The notes under the pieces were generated by a model. That model was not told the origin of the DNA. It saw only the letters and a program-made list of their open reading frames with translations, and ran no database searches. The position numbers and the translations under genes are program-made. Shown here in pieces: positions 12,726-26,219 of a stretch of 64,000 bases of DNA (position 1 is the stretch's first letter; each line of letters begins with the position of its first letter). The stretch is from assembly GCA_951406725.2 (NCBI GenBank), contig OX597819.1, positions 135,098,001 through 135,162,000 of the forward strand, written 5' to 3'. The DNA comes from Octopus vulgaris. Taxonomy: Eukaryota.

Positions 12726-12816
12726 AACAGAATACATGCATGCACATAGATGAACAAACTGAGCTGAAGGTGACAAAAATTGAAGACTCAGCTGGGCTGT
12801 TGTAAATTTGTTACAG

Positions 12817-13033
12817 GGAACGAGAATGTGAATTAGAAAAGAAAAGGGTCACCCAAGCCTATATTGAAGAGTATCTGCAAAGCCGAGAAGCTTGGAAAGC
12901 TGAAGAAAAGCAAAAAATGGAAGAAGAAAACCAAAGGATTATGGAATTCAGTCGTCTTGTGGATGACCGAGAGAATAGGTTTTTACAAGAGAAGGCGGAA
13001 AGAGATGCTGTCCAAGCTAGAATTTATCAAGCT
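12817..13033 (+). CDS. MNS1: MNS1 exon
   Basis: ttacag| and |gtgagg. Joins the previous exon in frame (aa+g). ERECELEKKRVTQAYIEEYLQSREAWKAEEKQKMEEENQRIMEF resembles MNS1 YIEEF...W...MEEENRKIIEF. Confidence 0.9.
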
Positions 13034-14482
13034 GTGAGGTCAACTTTTAATCCTTCGTTGTTTTTCTTTTTTCATTTTTTTCTTTCTTTCAAATTTTATT
13101 TTTATTATGTGAGCAAAACCTGTAACACTGGAAATTCTATCTTGCTGATTATTTTTCATGACTATAGTTGTGGTGGTGGCAGTTGCAGTTACTAATCCAA
13201 TGGTGGTAAACAATGGTGCCTATTATTCCTCTGGGGTTGGTGGTATTGAGTAAACTCCTGCCCTCAAAACTGTTGACCTTCTGTTGAAATTAGAAACAAC
13301 TATTTTTATTATTGTTGTTGTTTTGTAGGTTTCAGAATAATTGTTGTTTGTCCTTTTAGGAATTTGTTATTTGCTTCTTTTCCAAATGTTAAACATGATA
13401 GCTATTTTAACTAAAATAGTCAACTAAAATGTGGTGAAGTAGAGGTTATAAGCCAGAGTATCCACTTCATTAAAAATGGTAGCTCTGGTCTAATGTACTC
13501 CATTGAAGGGAGGGAGGAGTGACAGGAGACAAAACAGCAGACAGCAACACCATATCAAATAGAACCATATTGATGACAACCAGCTGTAACAGCAATGACA
13601 GTAACAAAAGCAATGAGAGTGAACGTTGTGTCATTGAGGCAGGTTATCTACACCTGAATCCTTGATGTCTATTGTGTAGAGATGTTGTGAACATTTTGGT
13701 TTCATCAACTTGCCTTTCACATTAAACCCCCACCAGTCACCCAGATATTTGCAGTATCAGTTGTCCAGAATATATCTTTTGTACATCTTAACTAAAGAGA
13801 GAAATAAAATGTAGCAATAATTATGAAGGTTTGCTTGGAGTTACAAGGCATTGTATATAAATCTGCTGGATTATTGTGTTTCCATAGCAATAAATTATTT
13901 CTAGCTCATATTTAGATATATTAAATGATCTCCACTCTACCCAACATGTCTGATACCAGATAATGTTTACATTAAGTAAAATATAATAATATACATTACA
14001 ACCATTATGTCAATATATATTGGTATGTGTGTGTGTGTATTTCATCATCATTTCAATGTCAACTTTTCTTTGCTTGTAACCAGCTCAAGCTGGCTACATG
14101 TTGAACTGGAAACAAGCAGCTTGTTAGAGTTTACCTTTTGTTTACAAAGATTGTCTAAAATGTCAAGATGGCACTGAACTGCAAGCAAGCTACACTGTTC
14201 AATATCAGTTGCAAGACCATTGACTACAACTTGCAAATACACTTGTTACATGTGAACTACAGTGTTGTTCCATGTACAAAAATTAGCAGTGCTAATGAAT
14301 CAGTGTCTTTTACTTTTAAGTTATATTTCTTGTAAATTATGGAGAAAATCTCAAGAATCTACATAAATTAGTGGTTAAGATACATTATGATGCTTATTCC
14401 TTTGAAATGTAATATGAAATTGAGAGATAACTCATGTATTTATAAAATATATATTCATACTTAAAGAATTTTCTAAAATAAA

Positions 14483-14580
14483 TCAGATTGGAGCCTGGTG
14501 CAGCCTCCTGACTTGCCTGTCCCCAGTCAAACTGTCCAACCCATGCCAACATGGAAAACGGACGTTAAATGATGATGATG
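14483..14580 (+). mobile_element. RTE 3' terminal fragment
   Basis: tccaacccatgccaacatggaaaacggacgttaaat(GAT)n, ending about 50 nt before an MNS1 acceptor. Confidence 0.75.
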
Positions 14581-14633
14581 AACCAAATATTGGATACGTT
14601 TTCAAATGTTTCTCTTTAATTTTATTACAACAG

Positions 14634-14741
14634 TTATCTGAGAAAATTACTGAGCGTGAACAATCTGAGAAAGAATTGGAAAGAATACGTCTGGAGTTGC
14701 ACTTTGAAGAACAAGAAGAAAAGACCAGACAAAATGAAAAA
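14634..14741 (+). CDS. MNS1: MNS1 exon
   Basis: caacag| and |gtactt, 108 nt, phase 0/0. LSEKITEREQSEKELERIRLELHFEEQEEKTRQNEK, coiled coil. Confidence 0.88.
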
Positions 14742-15799
14742 GTACTTTAAATTTTATTGCAATTAACTTTTATCTGAAAATATAAATATATTTAAGGTTC
14801 TAATTTGAGAATGTCTTGTCATTTCAGATTCCTCTCTTTCCCTGTTAGAATGAATGAGATGACTTTTTGTTGGGACAATTGATTTTTATAGTTAGTTATC
14901 TTTCTCAGTAACCATACTATTGTGAAATGAGTGTGCAGCCCTTCTAGTCTGTTAAGTTGTGTCTTGCTCAGAATCACATGATGACTAGTTCAATTTGAAC
15001 TTATCATCATATGATGATGATCATCATCAGCATTTTAACATCTATTTTTCTCATGCTTTCTTGGATTGGCAAGCTGTGCATGCATCTTTATGACACATGT
15101 TTTGCAACCAGTGTGCAAAAGGTTACTTGCCTAAATTAATGTAATTGTTTATGATTAGACATTCAGTTTGCTCATACTTTTCTAATTGCAAAAAATATTT
15201 GTACAAAGATTTTTGTGCATAATGGTTACTAAAAATTAGAGGAAATATTGGTGTGCATTATGGTAAGTCTCTATTCCTCCTCATCTTGTATCACCTCTTT
15301 TATGGGGTCCAGCTTTCTGAGGTCTAGTTTTACACTTTATCTCTCTTTAAACTTTTGTCAGTGTATGATCTTTCATCAAATGTTAATTGTCCATTCACTG
15401 TTGTAGTTTAGATCTTTAATATCGCAGACATTCTTTGGGCTGCTTGAAATTTTATTTTGATAAGTGGCAAAAGCCAAAGCTATGTGAAGGGAGTTTGATA
15501 CACGACTTAATGAATCTTGAACTTATAAGTGGAGGAAGTTAAGAAAAGATCAATATTTCTAGATAGATTATAGTAGTGCAATGCACATCTAGCTAATATA
15601 TGGAATATGAACATTAGAACATTAAACAGCAAGGATAACATGGTAGCCTGGGGAAATTGTACTCTTTATAATACATAGAATATAAACATTTGGGGATGTT
15701 GATGGTGGTTGCAACAGTCATTGATTGTTGTCAATGAACATTACTCTCGGAATTTTGGTTTTCTGATTTATCCGTAAAGAATAATTCTGCAGAGATTGT

Positions 15800-17587
15800 A
15801 TACTAAGGATTTTGTTGAAAGAGCATATATGGCATATTTTAGGGTCAAGTTGGGAGACCAAGAAAAATATTGGGCACCACATAGTGTCTGCAAACAAGGT
15901 ACATTTGTGACAATGGACTAAAAGGAAAGGTAAAGTATGAGGTTTGCTATACCAAGTGGTATGGCAGGAGTCCTATAATCATGTGGATGGCTGCTATTTT
16001 TGTAACTTAAATAATTGAAGAGTATTAACCGGAAAAATCGACAAATGCTTTTGTCTATCCTAATCTTGCCTCTGCTGTTGGACCAGTTCCACACAGTGAA
16101 AGATAACTTTACCGTCAACCAAAGAAAATTCATCACCTAAAGATGACACTAGAAATCAAGACTTTTCGGTTGAGACTTTACCTCAGCTATTCTCCCAGGT
16201 ACAGTTGAATGATCTAGTTTGTGACTTGAACCACTCAAAAAATTCTGCAGAACTGTTGGCTTCCTGACTGAAAGAGAAGAATTTTCTAGAGAACAGTTTT
16301 TGTACAACCTTTTATCGGAGTCGGCATGAAGAGTTCCTTTCTCTCTTCACAAAAGAGGAAGAGCTGCTTTACTGCAGAGATGTCAGTGGGCTTCTTAATA
16401 AACTTGGCATTGAGGAATACAAACCAGAAGAATGGCATCTTTTCATAGACAGCTCTAAGTCTAGTTTAAAACATGTATTGATGCACCACAGAAATGTGTA
16501 TGGCTCTGTCCCACTTGGCCACTCAATAACTCTGAAGGAAAAATATGAAGAAATTCAGTTGATTTTAAAGAAGATACTGTATCGTGGTCATAAATGTGCC
16601 ATCTGCATTGACTTAGAGGTGGTGGATTTTCTCATAGGACAGCAATCTTGGTTATACCAAATACCCATGCTTTCTTTGCATGTGGGACAGTAGAGACCAA
16701 GTAAACCACTGTTAAGAAAGACTAACCTCCTTGAACAAATATGGCTCCATACAGAGCTGCCAATATATTGGGAGAACCTTTAGTTGAGCGAGATAAGATC
16801 ATTTCCACCCCTTTTGCACATTAAACTTGGATTGATCAAACAATTCGTCAAAGCTCTTGACAAAAATGGGGAGAGCATCAAGTCTATCTGCCGTGTATTT
16901 CCAGACTTGATGATTGAAAAACTGAAAGCAGGGATTATTGATGGACCACAGATTCATAATCTCTTGAAGGACACAAATTTCATGAAAGCAATGAGTGAAA
17001 ATGGAGCATCAGCTTGGCAAGCTTTTGCAGAAATTTCCTTGGGAAAAACAAAAGGGAAAACTATAAATATCTTGTTACCAACTTGATATCAACTTTTCGT
17101 GATATTGGCTCGAATATGAGCCTCAAAATACATTATCTTTTCAGTCATCTTGATTGTTTTCCTGAAAAATCTCAGAGATGTTAGCGATGAACAAAGTGAA
17201 CGATTCCATCAGGACATCAAGGGAACTCAGTACCAAGGACGTTGGGAAGCCATGATGATGGCAAACTAATGCTGCTGTTTGAAATGAGATACTCCTGTTG
17301 CTCAACATTCATGGTGCACAAGGATGCATAAATTTATTCCTTGAATTTTCTACCAAAAATCTTTGACAATGTGCATTTTCAATTTTGAATTTTTATTTGT
17401 ACTTTTTGTGTTACACTCATATTATATGCCTCTTGTATGAATAAAGTACTCTATCAGTTCTAGTCAGAAAACTTAGACCTGATAGAGAAAAACTGAAGTT
17501 ATTTTTGAATATAGCAGACAAAATAACTTATAAATTCATTGAAATATTGCAGGCATCAGCGAAAAGAAATTTTTTTATTGCCCAGTG
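15800..17587 (+). mobile_element. Chapaev3-like (CMC superfamily) DNA transposon, pseudogenised transposase
   Basis: KLGDQEKYWAPH, LHIKLGLIKQFVKAL, KLKAGIIDGPQI, MSLKIHYLFSHLD and SDEQSERFHQDI. Right end ...cccaGTG followed by TTA, fitting CAC..GTG termini and a TWA target. Left TIR not found. Confidence 0.75.
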
Positions 17588-17686
17588 TTATTCTAAAGTA
17601 AAGATTATTGTTTTGCCAGCCACTTCAATGTAGAATGGTATCATACCTAAAATCAAAATGATCAGATCCTCTAACATTTCTTACAG

Positions 17687-17809
17687 GCTGCCTTGGAAAA
17701 GAAATTACGACAAAGGCTTGAACTTCAAAAGATGAATGAAGAACAGTTGAGTATGAAAGCTCTGAAAAAGATGACCGAAGATGAAGAAGAGAGGATGTTC
17801 CATGATGAG
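17687..17809 (+). CDS. MNS1: MNS1 exon
   Basis: ttacag| and |gttagt, 123 nt, phase 0/0. AALEKKLRQRLELQKMNEEQLSMKALKKMTEDEEERMFHDE. Confidence 0.88.
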
Positions 17810-18223
17810 GTTAGTTAACTTTTTGTTCTTTAGATTTATTGTAAAGGCTATAGCATTATAATGACATAATTTTAGATAAGGTGTCATCAAACTTCTTTAA
17901 GAAAATATAAATATCCTTCGTTAGTACTTTATCACAGGCACTGAGTTGTGTATGTTGCTTAGTCTGCCTTGGACCAACCAAATGCCATCATAATTTACAG
18001 CTCCATACTTCAGAAAGCTACAAGATTGAGGAACTGACAAGTGATTTTGTTTTACTTGTTTATCCAGAATTTGTTTTGTTTGTTTAGTCAGGAAAATGCA
18101 TTTGTATATCTATCAGTAAAGTGGGTATATTAATCAGTGTACAGTATTATTTATTTCAGCTGATCTTAACAATCATTCCATAATTGTCATCTCTGAAGAG
18201 CACAGGGTTACATATATATAATA

Positions 18224-18617
18224 CTAGCAGTATCGCCCGGCGTTGCTCGGGTTTGTAAGGGAAATAATTATATAAGCATTTTTAGAGATGTAAAGTATAA
18301 TAGCCATCTCAATATGGCTAACCACAAAGGGGGAGGGGTGTTACTGTAGCTTTTTACGTTCTGAGATTTAATAATAAATTTTAGAGAGTTACTTCCCTTA
18401 TTTATGTCAAAAATGGATTAACAATGGGAAAAATTGATGGTAAATTTTTTTTAAATCGTAGACTCATCGTAGACGCGCACTAATACCCAGACGGTCTCGA
18501 TATGAATCACGACTATAAGATACCCGGTTTTGGTTAAACTGCACCGCAAAATGTGGGAGTAGTTAGGAATCTAAATCGTAGGAGACAGACACACAACCTC
18601 ACTTTTATATATAAAGA
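18224..18617 (-). mobile_element. Complete non-autonomous Helitron
   Basis: On -, A|TC...cccgagcaacgccggg hairpin...CTAG|T: canonical termini and AT target site. Confidence 0.85.
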
Positions 18618-18783
18618 TTTCCTCTATTTACATAATATTGAGGTCTCTTTCTTTCTTTTGTTATCTTACTGTTTTTACCAATATACATATATATATATAT
18701 ATATATAAATATATATATAGTTACAGAGATGTACTTGCATAGCAAGTGACTTGATCTGAGATCGTGTGCTGGAACGAAAACAG

Positions 18784-19042
18784 TTGCAGCGTTGAAGGTG
18801 TTTATAAGCCATTTAAGAAACACACAAAAACCGTTAGATTCACTTCAACATTTAAATTTAATTTGTCAAAATATTTTCGTCGCTTTGAGACCGCGACCTG
18901 TTAGCACGATATTTTTGTCAGTGAACAGGTGGCGGTCTGAAAGCGACGAAAATATTTTGGCAAATTAAATTTAAATGTTGAAGTGAATGTAACGGTTTTT
19001 GTGTGTTTCTTAAATGGCTTACAAACACCTTCCACGCTGCAA
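18784..19042. repeat. Long palindrome (about 118-bp arms), probably Penelope-derived
   Basis: 18784-18902 is the near-exact reverse complement of 18924-19042. Confidence 0.85.
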
Positions 19043-19109
19043 TATATATATACACACATATATATATATGTATGTATGTATGTATGTGTGTATATGTGTA
19101 TGCATGTAT

Positions 19110-19340
19110 GTGTGTGTGTGTGCGTGTCTGTGCTTGTGATTGTCCTCCACCACTGCTTGACAACGAATGTTGGTTTGTTTACATCCCTGTCACCTAGTGG
19201 TTTGACAAAGGAAACAGATAGAATAAGTACAATGCTTACAAAAATAAAACTGGAGTTGATTCATTAAACTACAATTCTTCAAGGCATTGCCCCAGCATGG
19301 CCACAGACCAATGGCTGGAAAAAGCAGAAGAATAAAAGAA
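19110..19340 (+). mobile_element. SINE 3' half
   Basis: gcttgacaac...gatagaataagtac...ccagcatggccacag; same family as the 11-12.7 kb SINEs. Confidence 0.65.
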
Positions 19341-19399
19341 TACATTCTCTGCTTTGGTCTTATGTTCAAGGCATGAGAAAGCTTGAGTTTACATGAGAA

Positions 19400-19672
19400 G
19401 GCCTAACAGACCTGGTAGAAACAGCAGCCAAATCTCCCTCAAATCACACCTTACTGTCTTATGTATGTATATATATATGAGCCAATGAGGGGGACCTCTA
19501 CATGGTAGCTAGACCTGGTAGAAATAGCAGCCAAATTTCCCCCAAATCACACCTTACTGTCTTATCTATGTATATATGTATGTATGAGCCTATGAGGGAG
19601 ACCCCTACATGGCAGCTAGACATGGTAGAAATAGCAGCCAAATTTCCCTCAAATCACACCTTACTGTCTTAT
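19400..19672. repeat. Tandem repeat, 3 units of about 105 bp
   Basis: tggtagaaatagcagccaaat.tccc.caaatcacaccttactgtctta occurs three times. Confidence 0.85.
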
Positions 19673-19784
19673 CTTTCTGCTACTTGGATATAGGTGTTAT
19701 ATTCGTCGTAAAAAACTTTCCTGTCACACACTCACGCACATGCACACACACACACACGCACCCTAACACACACACACACACGCG

Positions 19785-19815
<31 letters not shown>

Positions 19816-19899
19816 ACACACGCACGTTAGCTTACAATTTTATTTATATATTTGCGTGTCTATGTGTGGAAAGAGGAAGTGGGAGGCAGAGTGAAAGAA

Positions 19900-20192
19900 T
19901 CACTCACTACAGTAAGTGAATTTACTTTCATTTTATTCGTTGCCCACTGTGTGTGTGCGTTTGCGTGTGGTGTAAACCAGACTAAGAAAAGCATTTGACA
20001 CACACACCAGAATGTAAGTTTTCTGTAAATTTTGCTTAATTGGAGTTTAAATTTTAAAAACTGGACCTGGCATGACGCGATGCATTGTACTCTTAAAATT
20101 GCTAGGTAAATTGTAATTGAAGAAATGCTATATTGTAGATTTGTATAACTCCCAAAGGGAGGCAGATAAAATCTGCCTTTTATAATAAGAGA
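19900..20192 (-). mobile_element. Non-autonomous Helitron 5' part (same family as 28500-29203)
   Basis: The - strand starts A|TCtcttattataaaaggcagattttatctgcc and is closely similar to 28930-29203. Confidence 0.65.
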
Positions 20193-20329
20193 TACATACA
20201 CACACACACACACACATACATACACACACACATATACACATATACATGTACATACATATATAAACGTAAAGCTAGAACATCCCAATGCTACACATATATA
20301 TTTGAACATTTGTAGAGATGAGCCACATT

Positions 20330-23300
20330 TGGAATAAAGAATTCAAATTCTCCACTTTACCTTCAAACATTCAATTTTAGGGAGGATTCCTTGATGAAGT
20401 GTATGTGTATGTGGTTGAGAACATGTCCATGTTTGTATTGTGCAACTTCGATCACGCCTCTTTCAATTCCACGATTTTTCATCAGAGAACATTAGTATAA
20501 CATTTACAAATCGTACTCTCTCTGCTTTTCTTTCAAACATTCAACTTTAGAGAGGATTTTTAGTTGATGAGATGTAGTTCCACTGCTTTTTGGTATTGCA
20601 GATTGTCCCCTGCACATTTGTAAAAGGGAAAAATTTTGAATTTTCCTTCGCCGCATATTGTCTTGGAACTTCACCCCAAAAAACAAAAACAATGTTCCCT
20701 TTTAAATAAAACCCCCAAAAAACATTTGTATTATATAAATGAACAAGATGTTTGTACATTCACAAAATTGTATTTGACAAGTTGTAGAAGGGAACGAAAG
20801 CGTTAATGAAGAAATAAAAGGATTTTTTCCCAAAATTCTGACGACTTTTTTTTCTCAATATTCAATTCTGTACATCACACCTAACACTCCTCGGATATAT
20901 ATCTCCTCAGATGTACAAGATACCAGAATGAAAGGAACACAATCAAACTCGCAGCTGAGAAACACCAAAAATACAAAAGAACTTTTCACAGAAATGTCTA
21001 ATAAGTTAAATTTACTTATTTCAAGACTGGAGGCAATCTTCACGAATCTAGATAGAACTGTAAATGATACCCATACAGAAGGTGCTCCAACAACAGAGAG
21101 ACAAACAACAAGAAAGTAGTAAGAAGAAACTCACTTGAAACCACATCTCTAGAAGAAACTCCTGAGTCAAAAGAAACATGTATTTTGGAAGAGCATTCGA
21201 TGCAACAATATAGCAAACACCAACCAGAATTGGCGAAGTAATGAAAGCCCAATCCTGCCCAGAAAATTTCTTATTAGTGAAATAAGAAATGGATCACTGG
21301 AAGAGATAAGGATATGTGCGAATTTAGCTCTGTGCTGACTGGAAACAGAAATCGCTTTTCTATAATCGGGAGAAACAAGACATGAAGAAAAAGTGAAAAA
21401 TATTGACACAATTATGTTTGCTGAAATTGCTGAGCAGAGCGACAATCAATGTCAATGGAAACCTGCAAAAACTATGGAAAGAAAACAGAAAGCAGGAAGA
21501 AGAAAAATCGATAAAAATGTGGGGAAAACAAGAAGAGTGGTTCAATGAAAAAAGACTCTGGAGACAAATCCATTATGAAAATGAAACCACAACAACAAAG
21601 AAATAGGAGGAAATGGAAAACAAACATGGACACTAACCCCAGAGGAACCGGACTGAGGTGGAAATGACCTCCATCTCACCCCAAGTACAGACTAGAAACC
21701 CATATTCTACGATACATAACACTGCAAATAGCCAACAAATGAAATATAGAAGACAACCCTCAACCGATAAAGTCCAAACAGCATCGATGGATAAATAGAA
21801 GGGGGGAAAAGACGTGAAAGACACATAACATACAGACAACCACCGACCCGTAAAAACATTGTAGCCCGGATGGATGAATACATGGGAAGAAAGACAGGTA
21901 AAATACAGACAGCAGAGGTACTATAATAGGAATAATAATCATCATGATAACTCAAGCAACCCACGATTTACGACCAAAAATCCCATATATCCAGGATGGC
22001 GAAAAAAGCATGGAAGATGGGAAGGAACCGAAACTCGTATGGAATTCATATAAAAGATATGAACCATCCTCCTGCCTACATGGAAACCAGAACGCCAAGA
22101 TCAGAAATTGGAGATATGGTAACACAATTCTTTTTTTAGGGAGAAAATACCAAAACCCTGCACCAGACCTGATAATACACAAAATTTAATTAAACACACA
22201 CAGCATATAGACCCGAAGATCATAGATTTGTCAATTAGGAGCCTCAACAAGAATGAGATGAACCTCCTATTAAAAGGTTTCGAGTTTACCCTGACACCCA
22301 CCCCTGATCTCATTGAACTGAAATCTGATATTGAACACTTCAACTGTCACCTCCGACTTATAGAATTCTTCAGTAATAAAGATTAAAATGATGAATCAAT
22401 AGTCAGAAATAAATCCCACTTCACCTCCTACAAGGGAAAGGATAAACAAATATTTAGATGCGTATATAGACACGATTTTAAGATTTCCCCTAAAAACCAA
22501 CAGATGCAAACAAAACCTTCGTGAAGAAGAAAAGGAAGCCTTACAAACACTGAAGAATGACAACTCAATCATCCTAAAAGAAGCTGATAAGAGAGGGGTG
22601 ATAGTAGACAAGGACTCTTATAAAGATAAAATATTGGAAATGTTAACGAACCAAACCTACAGCAAGGAAGAACCAAGACACCCAGAAAAAAAACGATAAT
22701 AAAATCAGAAGACTAATCAATGAATTGCAAGATTCCTTCACAGACAAGGAGAAAGACTATATATATGCAACTCTGTAATCAAAGAGAGTAATTTCTACAG
22801 ATTACTCAAAATCCACAAAAGCTCCACAATACAAAGTGCCATAAATAAGCAGAAGAACCAGTATGTAAAAATACTAAGGCCTGCTGACCTCAAACTAAGG
22901 CCAATAGTTGCTGGACCTCAAGCACCAACACAACAACTAAGTCATTTTTTAGATATACTCCTAAAACCGTTGTGCCCTTTGATACCCAGTTATGTATGGT
23001 ATGGCTTAGATTTCATCCAGCATGTCCCTCCCACTGTTGTAGAAAGTACTATACTCACAAGTTTTGATGTCACCAATCTCTATACTAATATACTTCACAC
23101 TTTAGGCGTAGAAGCAATCAAACACTGGGTAGAGAAACATAGGGAACATATAAATGAACGCTTCAGAACTGACTTCATCACCAAGGCCACATGCCCAGTA
23201 CTAGAGGAAAATACCTTTAGATTCAACAATAAAACATATCAATATTTAAATGGCACGGCTATGGGTATGCAGTTTGCGCCCTCATGTGCAAACTTAGTTA

Positions 23301-25068
23301 TGGGATACTTGCAAGAAAATCTTTATAAGGAAGTAGAAAAAGCTTTTGATAAGGAATACAAGAAATATATCATTAAGAAGTGGAAATGCTTCTTTGATGA
23401 TAGCTTCATCTTCTGAGACAAATCGAATGAAGATCTAATTATATTTAACAGTATACTGAACACACTTCACCCATCCATCAAATTCACGACTGAATCCAGT
23501 TGCAATGAACTACCATTCCTGGATATCCACATAAAAATACAGAACTCCACAGTCACAACACATATTTTAGATAAAAACTGACACAGATCAATATTTAAAT
23601 TTCTGCTCCTGCCATCCATCACACATCAAAAGAAACATCCCATACAGCATGGCAAGACGCTTCTGTGCTAGAGTGACGGACCCCAAAATATATGAAATCT
23701 GACTCAACGAACTCAAAGGCTTCCTCACAATGCAGAAATACCCCTTAGGATTAATTAACCCTTTCGTTACTATATTTCTGACCAAATTACACCCCTTATG
23801 TGTTTCAATTAATTTCTAACGTAATCATAAATTTAGTCTGGTTTCATTAAACAACTACAACTTTTTTATTTATCGATATATTAATCTGATTTTTGGAAGA
23901 TAATTTAATGAAATATTCTCAACCAATTCTATACTATAATTTTTGTCACAAAGTGACTCTATTTGCAGGTAGATACAGGTAAATTCCACAAAATATAAAA
24001 TTATTAAAATTTTGTTCAAACATCGCTATAGAAAATGGGTTATTAGCTAATATTCAATTGGGTATACAACAAAATTTTACGATAGAATTTGTTATTCTGG
24101 GTAACTTTCTGACACCCATAATAATATTTATGGCAAAATAGGCCTTAATTTCATTTAAGGTTGTGGGAAATAACAAACTATCCTTTCTTTCGCTTTGTTT
24201 ACGTTTAGCGTAACGATTTCAAATGGGCTCATTCGAAAAAGTAAAAAGAAATATATAAGGCTTTACTCTCCTGGGAAAGTCTGTGGCTTGGACTAGTTTC
24301 TTCAGAAAAATCACCGAAAGAAACGGTTTTTAAATTTTCACTCCATTCAGGTGCCAATTCGTTTTTTTTATCGCTATCGGAGATCTCAGATTCACTGTTT
24401 TCACTTTCGGAAAATGAAACATCAAATTCATTATCAAATACCATGTGCTTTTTTTTTTCAGTCATGAGTTAGATTTATGAAGGTCTTCAGTAGAAAATCC
24501 TTCGAATTCTGACTTGCTGCTTGATATAATGAAATTCGTATCCATTTTTTGTCAGAATTACAAATTTTGAAAACACAATAGGAACAAATTTCGGAAAAAA
24601 AATCTCCCAAAATTCACGGAATTAAAATTACACTTCGATTATCATACAAAACTGTAGTTGAACTGTTTACGAAGTATAATACGTGTTTTCACGAATGTAC
24701 TGAAGAGATTTGCTCTGATATTCTCATTTAAATATGAATAGGTAAATTCGGGCGGCTTTGGGCGGTTTGGTTTCATAAACCAAAATTTTTTTCGGGCGGC
24801 TTTGGGCGGTTTGGTAACGAAAGGGTTAATGAGGGAATTAGAAAGACGATGAAACTGAACATCATCCAACTATGAACACCTAAGGAAAAAGTTAATCGGC
24901 CTACCACCTACCTACCCACCCACCTACATACCTACATTGTCTTGGAACCTCACCCAAAAAACATGTTTTATATAAATGAACAAGCTGTTTGTACATTCAC
25001 AAAATTGTATTTGGCAAGTTCTAGCGAGGAACAAAAGCGTTAATAATAATGAAGAAATAAAAGGATTT
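20330..25068 (+). mobile_element. Penelope-like retroelement with direct terminal repeats, degenerate RT, GIY-YIG region apparently deleted
   Basis: KIHK..LRPIVAG, SFDVTNLYTNI, GTAMG..FAP..ANL and FFDD motifs at 22.8-23.4 kb. Direct repeats at about 20657-20826 and 24936-25068. Confidence 0.85.
23759..24825 (-). mobile_element. piggyBac-type non-autonomous element nested in the Penelope RT
   Basis: TTAA|CCCTTTCGTTAC...GTAACGAAAGGG|TTAA. Retains an acidic Ser-rich transposase N-terminus (ORF 24229-24465). Confidence 0.9.
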
Positions 25069-25414
25069 ATATATATATGGGGGGGGGGGGCAAACAAATA
25101 GTAACAGTGTCATATGCTGCATTTTTAGGTGGGATATTGTTATTGTGGTGCAGCTTGATGACAAACTATGTAAAGCTTTAAGCAAGATAGAAATATATGT
25201 ATTTACACCATCTACCTGTGTAGTAATCATACTATTGTTCACCTTTTCTAATCAGTAGTATCTCTAAGGTTCAAGGGATGGGGTAGTATTGTTCATGCCT
25301 TTCCCAAAATTCTTTGTCATATGAGAGATGAGAAATAGTCACAAACAGGAATAAAAACAGTGTTGCAATTTGGTCCTCCAGGAATAAGTGCAAGTTTCTA
25401 ATCTCTTTTGATAG

Positions 25415-25549
25415 ATGATGGCTAAATTTGCTGAAGATGACCGACTGGAGCAGATGAACGCACAAAAACGACGCATGAAGATACAGGAACACAAGCGAGC
25501 TATTGAAAGATTGATTGCAGAGAAGAGGGAGAAAATTGCTCGAGAGAAG
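25415..25549 (+). CDS. MNS1: MNS1 exon
   Basis: ttttgatag| and |gtctgt, 135 nt. MMAKFAEDDRLEQMNAQKRRMKIQEHKRAIERLI is the hallmark MNS1 motif. Confidence 0.95.
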
Positions 25550-26219
25550 GTCTGTTCATGTTTTGTTATTGTGTTTGTGTATTCTCAATCAAGTAGACTT
25601 GTGGCAAACTGGTAGCTTGTTACTGTTGTTGGTTGTTTGGTCCCAAATCAGCCTTGATTCTGCACATTTGTAATCATAGGTGCCCCAGCATGGCCACAGC
25701 TCGTGAGCTGAAACTAGATAAAATAAAAAAATAAAATAAAAATAAATAGGTATCTCAGCTATGATAACGATCCCATTTTAAAAAATTTTCCATAGTTGTA
25801 TCTAGGGTTACATTCCTAAATGTATCCTCATATTTTTTAAAGGCAATAGGGTGTGATTTAAGGAAGGTTTGGTTGCTAATTCTAGTGATAAAACTATGTC
25901 ATTAGCTCATAAGCAGCTGGTGAAACATCTGGCTACAAACCAGAGATCCAGCACTTTGTGTATACAGTTTTTATTAAAAACTTTACTAGTGACTGATATG
26001 TTGATGTGTGACATGTGCATATATCTCTGTTATCAATGATGAAGATGGTATTGCTGTTGTTATTTTACATATGGTTTGCACTCTGGGAAGCTCCTTTCAT
26101 CAGCTATTTACTGGAGATTGACAATGATTTTGGCAGAATATTTTTGCCCTTTCTGTAGCCTCCTTTTATCTCCCTTGCAGTTGTCACATCAAAGCTGAGT
26201 GCAGTATACCCATTTCATC

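Noticed and set aside
10946-12776. Short ORFs rich in YI, HT or CV dipeptides here and elsewhere
   Set aside because: These are translations of (TA)n, (CA)n and SINE sequence.
15800-17345. Domesticated transposase gene nested in MNS1
   Set aside because: Multiple stops and frameshifts.
19400-19672. CRISPR-like repeat-spacer array
   Set aside because: The inter-repeat segments resemble each other and contain TA microsatellite, there are no cas genes, and the DNA is eukaryotic.
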